Shown here piece after piece: positions 53,414-64,000 of a DNA stretch of 64,000 nucleotides (the stretch's first letter is position 1; each line of letters begins with the position of its first letter). Source of the stretch: Mobula hypostoma (taxonomy: Eukaryota); the NCBI RefSeq assembly GCF_963921235.1, contig NC_086108.1:9796001-9860000 (forward strand), in the 5' to 3' direction. The translations under genes and the position numbers were made by a program. The notes under the pieces are model-generated. The model had not been told where the DNA came from. It saw only the letters and a list, made by a program, of their open reading frames with translations, and did not search any database.

Positions 53414-54226
53414 TAGTTCCGTTGATGAATGGTCAACAGGGATGCTGGACGATGGATGTGGTAGTACTCTTTGTAGATGTGTCTAATGGTGGGGAGGGTT
53501 TTGCCTGTGATGGACTGGTATCCATCACTTTTTGGAGGTTTATCTGCACTTGACCATTGGCATTTCCATACTAGATCATGTTTCAACCACTCAGTATAGT
53601 CTCCACCTTTCTTCAAAAAGGTAGAAATTTCAAGCCGGGTGGAGCAGCCACCAACAGGGAGGGACATATTCTCTGTATGTTTGTGATGGGACACACTCTG
53701 CTCAGCAATTGAATCACACCAGTCGATCTATTACAAGCCCCCAGCTTTGAATGCAGAACTCTTCACCTGAAATACAACCTGCCCCGAGTCTGAGGTTTAG
53801 AGCGTCTTGGTAAGTAGGGTTTGCAGGGAAAGTCACCTGGGCAAATTAACCTTTGGAGTTGGAGTCACTGCGTAATAGGCCTTCCAGACAATCACCTTGA
53901 AAGAGCTCACCATATACTGTCAGCTATTATTTGGAGAGTAAATTGTGATTGGGCTCACATGATTGCAGTTTTATTGGACAGCTTTCGCAGCTTTGACAAA
54001 GACATGGCGTAATTTACAGATGAGGAGAACATGAGTCTTTGTGAGAGCGGTGGTAACACTGCATTATTCATAGCGCCGCGCGTTCTCAGTCTACGGCAAT
54101 GTTACATACTAATAGCTTTAATTTTATTACAAGCAGCGATAAAGCAGATACCCAGACATAAAAACGCAGTTACCACAGTCAACATAGCGTTTCAGAAAGA
54201 CATTGAGAGCTAGTTGGAAAGAATAG

Positions 54227-54228
54227 TA

Positions 54229-54284
<56 letters not shown>

Positions 54285-55914
54285 GGTGTGTGTATGTGTG
54301 GGCCTGTGTGTGTGCATCTGTGTGTCTGTATGTGTGTGTCCATATGTGTGCCTGTATATGTGTGTGTGTGTGTGTGTGCGCGAGTCTGTGTGTATGTTTG
54401 TGTGTGTATGTGCCTGTGTTAGTGTGTGAGTCTGTGTGTGTATGATTGTGTGTGTGAGACTGTATGAGTGTGTGTCTGTGTGTGTGTATGTTGTGTATGG
54501 GTTTGTGTGTTTGCGAGTCTGTGTGTGTGTGTGTTTGTGTGCGTGTGTAAGTGTGTGTGTCTGTCTGTGTAATTGTGTGTGTGAGTGTGTGTGTATGTGT
54601 GTGTGTCGATGTGTATGTTTGTGTGTGTATGCCTGAGTGTGAGTGAGTATGTTTGTGTGTGTGAGTTTGTGTGTGTCTGTGTGTCTGTGTGAGCGTCTGT
54701 GTGTGTGAGGTATGTAATTGTGTGTGTGTGTCTGTGTGTGTCTATATATGAGTGTGAGTGTGTATGTGTGAGCCTGTGTTTATGTGAGAGTCTGTGTGTG
54801 TCTGTGTGTTTATGTGACTGAGAGTGTGTGAGAGTCTGTGTGTGTGTGTGGGTCTGTTTATCTGTGTATGTGTAAGTGAGTGTGTGTGGGTCTCTGTGTG
54901 TGTATGTGTGTATCTGTGTGAGTGGGTGTGTGAGTGAGTGTGTGTGTCTATGTATCTGTGTGTGTGTATATTTGTGTGTATGTGAGTCTGTGTGTGTATA
55001 CATGTGTGTGGGTCTCCATGTGTCTGTGTGAGTCTGTGTGTGTGAATGTGAGTGTGTGTGTGTGTGTGTGTCTGCTTGTGTCTGTGTGAGTGTGTGAATG
55101 TGAGAGTCAGTGTGTGAGTGTTTGTGTGTGTGAGTCTGTGTGTGTGTGAGAGAGTGTGTGTGTCTCTCTGTGTATATATTTGTGTGTATGTGAGTCTGTG
55201 TGTGTGCGTGTGCATGTGTGTGTCTGTGTGTGAATGTGTATGTGTATGTGTTTGTGAGTGTGCGTAGGTCTATGTGTGTGTGTATGTGACTGTGTGTCTG
55301 TGTGAGTGTGTGTGAAAGACTGTGTGAGGGAGAGACAATCTGTGTGTGTGAGAGAGAGGGTCTGTGTGTGTCTGTGTGTCTGTGTGAATGTGTTTGTGCA
55401 AATGTGAGTCTGTGTGTGTGTGTGAGTGTGTGAATCTGTGTGCATGTGTGAGAGGGAGTGTGTGTGTGTGGATCTATGTGAGTTTTTGTCAGTCTGTGTG
55501 TATCTGTCTGTGTATGTGTGAGGGTATGTAGTGTATGGGATTGTGTGTGTTTGGGTGAGGCTGTGTATCGGTGTGTCTGTGTGAGTCTGTGTGTGTATGT
55601 TTGTGTGTGTGTGTATGTGTGTGTATGAGTCTGTGTGTGTGTGTTTGTGCATGTGTGTGAGTGTGTGCATGTCTGTGTGATTGTGTGTGTCTGTGTGTGT
55701 CTGAGTGTGAGTGCGTGTGTATGAGTCTGTGTCTGAGTGTGAGCGTGTGTGTGTGTGAACATGTATGCCTGTCTGTGTGGGTCTTTGTGTGTGTATGTTT
55801 GTGTGTGTGAGTCACTCTGTGTGTGTGTGTGTGTGTGGATCTGTTTGTGTATATGTGTCTGTGTAAGTGAGTGAGTGTGTGTGTAAGTGTGAGTATGTGT
55901 GTGAGTGTGTGTGT
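54227..55914. repeat. Degenerate (TG)n low-complexity tract, ~1.7 kb
   Basis: Directly visible. Pure (TG)n at 54233-54282, then interrupted units such as GAGTCTGTGTG. Confidence 0.97.
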
Positions 55915-56307
55915 TTTGAGTGTACTTATTATAATTCAGGTATTTTTTCACTATTATCATGTATTGCATTGTACTGCTGCCGTAAAGTTAACAAATTTCA
56001 TGACATATGCCGGTGAAATTAAACCTGATTCTGATTCTGCTAATTGTGCTGTAAAGCTTGTGAATAACTTATGTTTTTCTTGTGAGTGTTCTATATCCAA
56101 TGCTGAATCTCTGTGACACTCCCGCATGTAAGTTATTCACTGACCTGTGCAGCCACGGACTTGTGTGTGTGAGTCATCACACTCAACTTGGACTTTGAGG
56201 GTAAGGCGGGTACAAAAGCTGCCCCACTGCAAGGAGCTGTAGGAGCTTCAGACGGGATGGGATGTGGAAGGCTCCGTCCCGGCAGAGCCAGACTCAACCT
56301 GCTGCAC

Positions 56308-56774
56308 ACATTTAGTGGCCACGTTGTCAGGTACAGGAGTGGGAAGCGGTGTGATCTTTTGCTGCTGTAGCCCATCCACCTCATGCTTCAGAGATGCTCT
56401 CCGGCCCATCACTGTGGTAACGTCTGGTTATCTGAGTTACTGTCGCCTTCCTGTCAGCTTGAACCAGTCTGGCCATTCTCCTCTGACCTCTCTCATTAAC
56501 CAGGCATTTCATCCACAGAACGACCACTCACTGGATGTTTGGTCTTGTTTTTCGCACCATTCTCTGTAAACTCTAGACACTGTTGTGCGAGGAAACCCCA
56601 GGAGAAAATCCCAGTTTCTGAGATACTCAAACCACTCCCTCTGGAACTGAAAATCATTCCACAGTCAGAGTCACTGAGATGACATTTCTTCCCCATTCTG
56701 ATCATTGGCTCTTGAGATATTTGCATTAATGAGCAGGAGTACAGGAGTACCCATTGAAGTGGCCACTCAGGGTA
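56308..56774 (-). mobile_element. Tc1/mariner deletion derivative
   Basis: Imperfect TIRs AGTGGCCAC......AGGTAC and GTACC......AGTGGCCACTCAG. Minus-strand MGKKCHLSDSDCGMIFSSRGSGLSISET resembles a Tc1 transposase N-terminus. Confidence 0.8.
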
Positions 56775-56894
56775 TATTGTGTATTCATCGCAGGCCCAGG
56801 ACTGTTTTACCAAGAAATAACTGTTGGATTCCCTAACCCCTTCTCTTCTGCGCACCTGTCCATCACCAGACCCTGGTGCCTCTGCTCCTCCCCT

Positions 56895-58062
56895 TTCTCT
56901 TCAGTCAAGAGTACTGTTCCTGGATTTCAGTTCAGAATTCATCACAGGAGTTGGTGAACTAACTCCTGCTCCTCGGTTTAAATACACCACAGTGCAACTG
57001 GGTGCTGGACTTCCTAACCAACAGACATTGGACAGTCAGAACCTCCCTCCCCATCACCCTCGACATGGGTGTCCCCTGGGGCTGTGTGCTGAGCCCACTG
57101 TTGTACACTCCGTTTGCATGTGACTGCACGGTCAAACACGCAAGTAATTGCGTTGTCAGCTTCACCCATGGCATGACAGTCTTTAGGCTCATCGTTACAA
57201 CAGTGAGATGGTCTACAGAGAGGAGCTGGAAGAGCTCGAGGCCTAAGCCAGCAAATAACCTTTTCCTCAATGTCAACAAGATACAGGAGATGGTTATTGA
57301 CTATGGGAGAACTTGCACCACGCACACCCCTCTGACACAGTAGTGAAAACTGAGTAGTTTCTAACTCCTGGGAGTGTACATCTCGTATAATCTCTTACAT
57401 CCTACACAGTCAGGAAAACTCACCAACATCTCCGCTTTCTGTGGAGGCGGAAGACAACTGGACTAATGTGCGTTAACACTCACGTTCTGCAGGTGCACAG
57501 TAGAGAGCATCCTAACATGCTGCATCACTGCGTGGCACTGCGATGGACAGGAAGGCTCTACAAAGGGCAGTCAAAACTGCCCAGAGTATGAGTTAGCTCA
57601 CCCGCCTTCAAAGTCATATATATATGAAAAGGGCCAGTAACATCATGAACGATCCCACCAACCTTGCTCATGGTCTGTTTGTCCCACTCCCATCAAGGAT
57701 GGGGCTACATAGCGTCCACACCAGGACCACCAGATTCAAATACAGTTACTTTCCTCAAGCAGTAAGGCTGATCAACACCTCCACCCACTAACCCACCCCT
57801 CTACACCCCCAACCACCACTGCTTTATCATTTCCTGTCAGTCACCTCACATACAGACACTCCTGTGCCTAGTGTCACTTTATAGATGTGCAATCTATCTA
57901 TGTAAGTAAGCTATCCCATGTATTGATATTTATCATGTTTTTTTATTATTATCATTGTGTTTTTTTTAAATCTTTTTTTTTGTGCAGCATCGGATCCGAA
58001 GTAACAACGTTCTCCTTTACTCTTGTGTGCTGGAAATGACATTAAACAGCCTTGAATCTTGA
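56895..58062 (+). mobile_element. Rex1/Babar LINE, 5'-truncated and decayed
   Basis: [60 protein letters not shown]. Tail CTTGAATCTTGAA. Confidence 0.85.
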
Positions 58063-58064
58063 AG

Positions 58065-58390
58065 CTTCTCCCTTGGTCCACTCTTCTCTCCTGTCAGGTT
58101 TCTTCTTCTTCAGCCCTTTACTTCTTCCACCTGTAACCTCCAACTTCTTTCTTCATTCCCTCCCTCCCCCCACGCACCTATCTTCTCCCTCACCTGTCAC
58201 CTACCAGCTTGCACTCCTCGCCTCTCCCCAACTACTCATTTTGGCTCCTTTCCCCCCTTCCTTTCCAGTCCTGACATAGGGTCTCGGCCCGAAGCATCGA
58301 CTGTTCACTCCTCTCCACGGAAGCTGCCTGACCTGCCGAGTTCCTCCAGCATTTTGTGTGAGTTGCTCTGGATCTCCAGCATCTGCAGTA
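58065..58390 (+). mobile_element. Penelope-like terminal repeat fragment with decayed hammerhead motif
   Basis: CAGTC-CTGACAT-AGGGTCTCGGCCC-GAAGCATC-GACTG (58266-58303), then GCTGCCTGACCTGCCGAGTTCCTCCAGCATTTTGTG. Confidence 0.7.
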
Positions 58391-58469
58391 CCTCTAGGGT
58401 TGGATCTGCTGATGTGAGACGTGGGCAACGAGGGCATGAGCAGATGGAGATGATGAAAACAAGAACCTC

Positions 58470-58730
58470 TGTTTAATTCTGATTTCCATTCCCATTCCAA
58501 CATGTCAACCCATAGCCTCCTCTTGTGCCAAGATGAGGTCACCCTCAGGGTGGAGGAGCAACACTTTATATTCCATATGGACACCCTCCAACCTGATGGC
58601 ATGAATATCAATTTCTCCTTCCGGTAAACAAATTCCTACCCCTCCTCTTCTACTCCCCTCTCTGACCTTTCCAGCCCTCAAGAAGGGTCCCAGCCTGAAA
58701 TGTCGACTGTTTATTAATTTCCATAGAAGC
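58470..58730 (+). mobile_element. Penelope-like element: GIY-YIG endonuclease C-terminus plus hammerhead remnant
   Basis: 58472-58627 translates FNSDFHSHSNM...EEQHFIFHMDTLQPDGMNINFSFR*. Followed by CTCAAGAAGGGTCCCAGCCTGAAATGTCGACTG. Confidence 0.75.
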
Positions 58731-59689
58731 GACTCGAAGGGCTGCGCTGTATCTCAATGAATGAATAAGATAAAGCAAAATGATTCTATAGATTTATCAA
58801 GTATGCCCTCACTAAAATGAATCTCAGGGTTGTACTTCGATATAAGATTTACTCTGAACTTTAAAACTGCTCAGATTAAAGACAGATTGCCCACAACATA
58901 CGACTCAGCACATAATAATGATGATGAAGGCATGAATATTCATGATGGGAATATGGGTACATTAAAATGGGAATAAAATTGTGCACCAGGTGGTCAGCAG
59001 GGAGGGAATGGGCCGAAAGGCCTGACTCCCTACGACTTGAGGAGAAGTAGAATCATGCCGAGCCAGAGCGGCGGCTATCACATTAGGCAGGGATGATGTT
59101 TACTTGTTGAAGCTCTCAATCAGTTTGGATAAGATGCTAAGTGCTATGTTTTGAAGTTACTGCCATTGAGTTAAATTGGCCCATTTCATATTGTGCTACT
59201 TAAGTGCGCTGACAATGCACCTTGATTGCCTCTCTCCGTGATACTGCCTGGTTCAGAAACATTAGCTGGTGCTTCAGAGCAATCCTATTTCATGTTTCAT
59301 TCAGGGACATGGGCATTGCTGCCAAGGCTGAAATTCATTGCCATCCTGTCCGAACGGGGAACAGTGAGATGTGCACTCCGATGCTGATAAATAGCTACTA
59401 AACCACACTTGTCAACAGCCGCTAAATGCTGGAGGAACTCAGCGCGTTGGGCAGTTTCGCGAGCAGGGGAAGAGATTGGCCCACGATGTCCACTGTTCAT
59501 TCTGAAGACGAATGAGTTAGCGTTAGTGAGTTGTGGGCATGCTGTGTTTGTGCAGCAGCTTTCTGGCTGGTCAGAAAGCAAGAAACATGAGTAAATACTT
59601 TATTATTTACACTTTCTCTTTGGTAAATTGTGCTAAACTAACACTGCAGACAAAGAAGAGGTAAGGAAAGGTGAAGCTAACTTGAGGGT

Positions 59690-60445
59690 CGAGGTGTGCA
59701 GGTGCGATGGCATGTTTGAGGAGAAGTGGTCTGAGTGAGGTTGAGGCATGTTCGAGACAGAGTCGGAGTCGGAGTCGGAGTCAGAGATGGAGTTGGACCG
59801 AGCAAATTGGAGAACAGTCAGAGCCGGGGAGTTTCGGAGCCTGTCCACCTAAACCGGGAGCGAGGTTGGATTGATCTAAGCACCAGACCAATTTGGAGAG
59901 GTTGAGTACGGGCCAGAATGTGGCGGCAGGTCCAGGCCTGGAGCGTATCGCCGCAGGTCCTAGTACAGGGAATGACTTGGTGTTTGGACGATTTAAACAC
60001 CGGCCTAGGTAGGCTGAAAAGGCAGGGTGACGGGACCAGAGGCAAAGGTCCGGCTGGTTCTGCTTCACTCTCTGTGGCAGTGAGACTGAGGCTGTGGCCT
60101 GCTCCAGCTGAGGCCTGCTCCGGCTGAGGCCTGCTCCGGCTGCGGCCTGCTCCGGCTGCGGCCTGCTCCGGCTGAGGCCTGCTCCGGCTGCGGCCTGCTC
60201 CGGCTGTGGTCTGCTCCAGCTGCTCCGGGTTTCGTGTCTGCGGACTCACTTTCGTTCTGAATGTTGTTGCTTGATCTTATTTTTTGCACGATCTGTGTGT
60301 ATTTTCTCCCCCTCTCTGTGCTGTTGGTGTGAGTTGGTCTTTTTTTCAAACAAGTTCTTTTGGGTGTCATTTTGTGGATGACTGTAAGCAGATGAATCTC
60401 AAGGTTGTATAATTTTTACATACGTTGATAATTTTGAAATTTGGA
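59690..60445 (+). mobile_element. Probable non-autonomous retroposon with a Rex1-type 3' end, containing (GAGTCG)n and a 16-bp array
   Basis: GC-rich body ending GAATCTCAAGGTTGTATA...TTGATAAT, like the end at 31540-31600. The left boundary is uncertain. Confidence 0.4.
60090..60217. repeat. Minisatellite, 8 x 16 bp (GGCTGNGGCCTGCTCC)
   Basis: Eight contiguous units counted directly. Confidence 0.95.
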
Positions 60446-60489
60446 TTTCCAGATCTGCAGACCCCCTTGTGCCTCCGTGTAGTTTTAAA

Positions 60490-62430
60490 ACCATAAGATC
60501 AGGAGACACAGGAGCAGAATTAGGCCATTTGGTCCATCGAATGCTCCACTTTTCCATCATGGAATATTATCCCACTCGACCCCATTCTCCTGCCTTCTCC
60601 CCATAACCTTTGATGCCCTGACTAATCATGACCTATTAACCTCAGCTTTAGGTAGCCTCCACAGCTATTTGTGGCGATGAATTTCACAGATTCGCCACCT
60701 TCTAGCTAAAGCAACTCCTTCTCATCTCTCTGCATGTCCTTCTATTCTGAGGCTGTACCCTCTGGTCCTAGACCCACCCATTAAAGGAAACATCTGCTCC
60801 ACATTCACTCTGCCTAGGCCCTTCAATAGTCCATGGGCTTCAATGAATGAGATTTCCCCTTCATTATTTTAAGCTCCAGCGCGTACAGTCCTGGAGCCAT
60901 TAAACGCTCCTCATTCCCGGATCATTCTTGTGAACCTTCTCTGAACCCTCTCCAATGCCAGCACATCTTTTCTTAGATAAGGGACACAAGGACTCCCAAA
61001 TCCCTTTGCAGCTCTGATTTTTGAGTTTTTCCCCATTTAGAAAATTCTCCCATTCTCTAATCTGTTCTTCAGTCGTTCATCTGCTTCCTCAACACTACCT
61101 ACTCCTCTACTTGCCTTCCTGTCGCCTGCAACTTGGCCTCAAAGCCGTCGATTCTGTCATCCAGGTCTTTGGCATATAATGTGAAAAGTGGTCCCAATAC
61201 TGACCCCTGCAGACCAGGGCTTTTCACCGGCAGTCAACCAGTATTTTTTTTAAAGTCTGTCCCGAGCCTTGTGGCCCATCAGGCCGGTACTCCAACAGTA
61301 GTAGATCCAGATTTGAAAGAAAAAGAAGGCATAAAAGAGGTGAAAGAAGTTTTTTGTGAACTGTCTGGAGGATGTCACCCTTGGTCACAATGTTTGCTGG
61401 CACCATCTTCTTTCAGATCTTCTACACCGTGCTAGTATCTTTCCTGTAATACCATGATCTCTTACCGTGTTAAACAGCCTCATGTGTGGCACATTGTCAA
61501 ATTCAAGCAAACAACATTCACTGATTCTCCCTTGTCTACCCTGTCTGTTATTTCCTCAAAGAACTCCAACAGATTTGCCAGGCAAGATTTCCCCTTAAGG
61601 AAACCATGCTGACTATAGCCTATTTTATCATATACCTCCAAGTACCCTGAAGCCACAACCTTCATAATGGACTCCAACATCTTCCCAATCGCTGAAGTCA
61701 AGCCAACTGGCCTATCATTTCCTTTCATATGTCTTCCTCCCATCTTAAAGACTGGAGTGACAGTTGCAATTTTCCAGTCCTCTGGAACCATTCCACAATC
61801 TAGTGATCCTTGGAAGATCCTTACTCATTCCTCCGTAATCTCTTCAGCTACTTATTTCAGAACCCCAGGGCGTAGTCCATCTGGTCCAGATGACTTATCT
61901 GACTTCAGACCTTCCACCTTCTCTTTGGAAACAGCGAAGTCACTCGCTTCTGCCCATTGACACTCCTGCCTTTCTGGCATTCTGTTGGAGTCCTCCAAAG
62001 AGAAACTGATGTAAAATACTTACTAAGTTCATCCCTTATTTCTTTATCCCCCATTATTACTGCGATGAGAGTCCTTGACGAAGGATGGTTTGGACCTAAA
62101 TGCTGGAGTATCCGAGGCAAGGATCGAGGCCCAGAATAAAACTGGAATGAGAACAGAACACAGACAAATGCAAGCCGATATCTCTAGTTGGGTTAGAGAC
62201 TGAGCACTGAGGGTCCATTCAGGTGCTCTTTAAATACTCAATCCTTGGCGCTCAAAACATGATTGCCAATTAGTGGGAAGGTCCTGAACACTTAAAGAGG
62301 ATGCGCCGGCTATCCGTACTCTGGAGAGTTAGAGTGTCTAAACCCCGGAAGCTGGGGCAGTTGGGTGCATCTTGTAACAACTGCCTCTCCAGCGGTCCAA
62401 TATCCACTCTTGTCTCGCTTTTACTATTTA
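60490..62430 (-). mobile_element. CR1 LINE, heavily deleted, with internal insertions
   Basis: ORF 61480-61791 reads PEDWKIATVTPVFK..SQHGFLKGKSCL.NLLEFFEE. Tail CCATAAGA...AGGAGCAGAATTAGGCCATT. Confidence 0.85.
62061..62379. mobile_element. ~320-bp insertion in CR1, candidate solo LTR
   Basis: Runs TG...TGTAACA. CR1 sequence CCCATTATTAC resumes as ACTGCCTCTCCAGCGGTCCAATATC. ACTG occurs at both junctions but overlaps the TG on the left. Confidence 0.5.
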
Positions 62431-63644
62431 TATATAACCATGTAACAATTACAGCAAGGAAACAGGCCATCTCGGCCCTTCTAGTCCATGCCGAACGTTT
62501 ACTCTCACCTAGTCCCACCGACCTGCACTCAGCCCATAACCCTCCATTCCTTTCCTGTCCATATAGCTATCCAATTTAACTTTAAATGTCAATATCGAAC
62601 CTGCCTCAACCACTTCTGCTGGAAGCTCGTTCCACACAGCTACCACTCTCTGAGTAAAGAAGTTCCTCCTCATGTTACTCCTAAACTTTTGCCCTTTAAC
62701 TCTCAACTCATGTCCTCTTGTTTGAATCTCCCCCACTCTCGATGGAAAAAGCCTATCCATGTCAACTCTATCTATCCCCCTCATAATTTTAAATACCTCT
62801 ATCAAGTCCCCCCTCAACCTTCTACGTTCCAAAGAATAAAGACCCAACTTGTTCAACCTTTCTCTGTAACTTAGGTGCTGAAATCCAGGTAACATTCTAG
62901 TAAATCTTCTCTGTACTCTCTCTATTTTGTTGACATCTTTCCTATAATTCCGTGACCAGAACTGTACACAATACTCCAAATTTGGCCTCTCCAATGCCTT
63001 GTACAATTTTAACATTACATCCCAACTCCTATACTCAATGCTCTGATTTATAAAGGCCAGCATACCAAAAGCTTTCTTCCCCACCCTATCCACATGAGAT
63101 TCCACCTTCAGGGAACAATGCACCATTATTCCTAGATCCCTCTGTTCTACTGCATTCTTCAATGCCCTACCATTTACCATGTATGTCCTATTTTGATTAG
63201 TCCTACCAAAATGTAGCACCTCACATTTATCAGCATTAAACTCCATCTGCCATCTTTCAGCCCACTCTTCTAACTGGCCTAAATCTCTCTGCAAGCTTTG
63301 AAAACCTGCTTCATTACCCACAATGTCACCTATCTTAGTATCGTCTGCATACTTACTAATCCAATTTACTACCCCATCATCCAGATCTTTAATGTATATG
63401 AGAAGCAACACTGGACCCAGTACAGATCCCTGAGGCACACCACTAGTCACTGGCCTCTAATCTGACAAAGAGTTATCCACCACCACTCTCTGGCATCTCC
63501 CATCCAGCCACTGTGAATCCATTTTACTCAATATTAATAGTTAACGATTGAACCTTCCCAACTAACCTTCTGTGTGGAACCTTGTCAAAGGCCTTACTGA
63601 AGTCCATATAGACAACATCCACTGCTTTACCCTCATCAACTTTC
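62430..63644 (-). mobile_element. CR1 LINE RT/3' portion, same subfamily as 25475-26177
   Basis: ORF 62509-63450 has GVPQGSVLGP and KYADDTK. Its C-terminus is nearly identical to ORF 25484-26098. Confidence 0.93.
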
Positions 63645-64000
63645 TGTTACATAACCGGCAACAATGAATATCAATCGAGTCAGGTTATATAAAAACAACC
63701 AAACATTTATTAAACATGGATAAACAATAAAAAAAATCAAACGAAAACCTTAACTGGAAGTTAACCGCTATGCGGCCATTCAACAAATCGCCACTCGGTA
63801 TTGGTTCTTAAAGCGATAAATGCAAAGATAGTTCTTAAAGCGGTAAAGCCAAATACAGTTCTTAAAATGGTAAATTCAAAAGTCCAACAGATTTATACAT
63901 TCAATTGGGAGAGACTTCTCTGGAGAAGGATTTCTTCATAGACGCGACTTTCCTGCTGGTTCTGTCCAAAAGGATTCACGATGAAGGAAATAAACAGCTT
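63645..64000. mobile_element. Probable start of another LTR inserted in the CR1, cut by the window edge
   Basis: CR1 sequence stops abruptly at TTTC|TGTTAC. The same TGTTAC start and early TTTATT are seen in the LTR at 26494. Confidence 0.5.

Larger units (their letters stand above)
51780..53620 (-). mobile_element. Rex1/Babar 3' fragment interrupted by two insertions
   Basis: (TTTCAAA)4 tail at 51780-51807. Minus strand of 52470-52590 encodes the LSSGRRYKS.R..TTRFRNSYYPSTIRLLN motif. Coding remnant resumes at ~53420. Confidence 0.65.

Noticed and set aside
54214..55969. Cys/Val-rich and His/Thr-rich ORFs (up to 516 aa)
   Set aside because: Translations of the (TG)n/(CA)n tract.
59818..60370. 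Repetitive ORFs (AGAGRSRSRPQPEQA)
   Set aside because: Products of the 16-bp minisatellite cycling through frames.
62070..62105. Hammerhead-like GTCCTTGACGAAGG...CCTAAATG
   Set aside because: The core boxes and stems do not match adequately, and there is no Penelope context.

Overview
Eukaryotic, gene-poor and repeat-saturated DNA. The repeat cast (V-SINE, several CR1 subfamilies, Rex1/Babar, Penelope-like pieces, fish-type L1, Gmr1-like Gypsy) suggests a cartilaginous fish, probably a ray; that assignment is inference. Bases 1-24613 are one 21-bp tandem satellite (CCACACCAGGATCACCCTACT, with an 18-bp variant) organised into higher-order repeats; its long ORFs are repeat read-through. The remaining ~39 kb is layered mobile DNA. 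It includes a two-LTR Gmr1-like element whose pol is cut down by in-frame deletions (26494-31289), a Chapaev3-like DNA transposon relic (35797-37264) and an RTE>L1>CR1 nest with recoverable target-site duplications (38039-49276). There are also SINEs, a Tc1 relic, Penelope-like fragments with decayed hammerhead motifs and a 1.7-kb TG tract. No host protein-coding exon, rRNA, tRNA gene or CRISPR array could be supported. I found no clearly new system. The best candidates for novel biology are the frame-preserving non-autonomous LTR element and the triplet-structured satellite. Family names come from motif recognition, not database searches.
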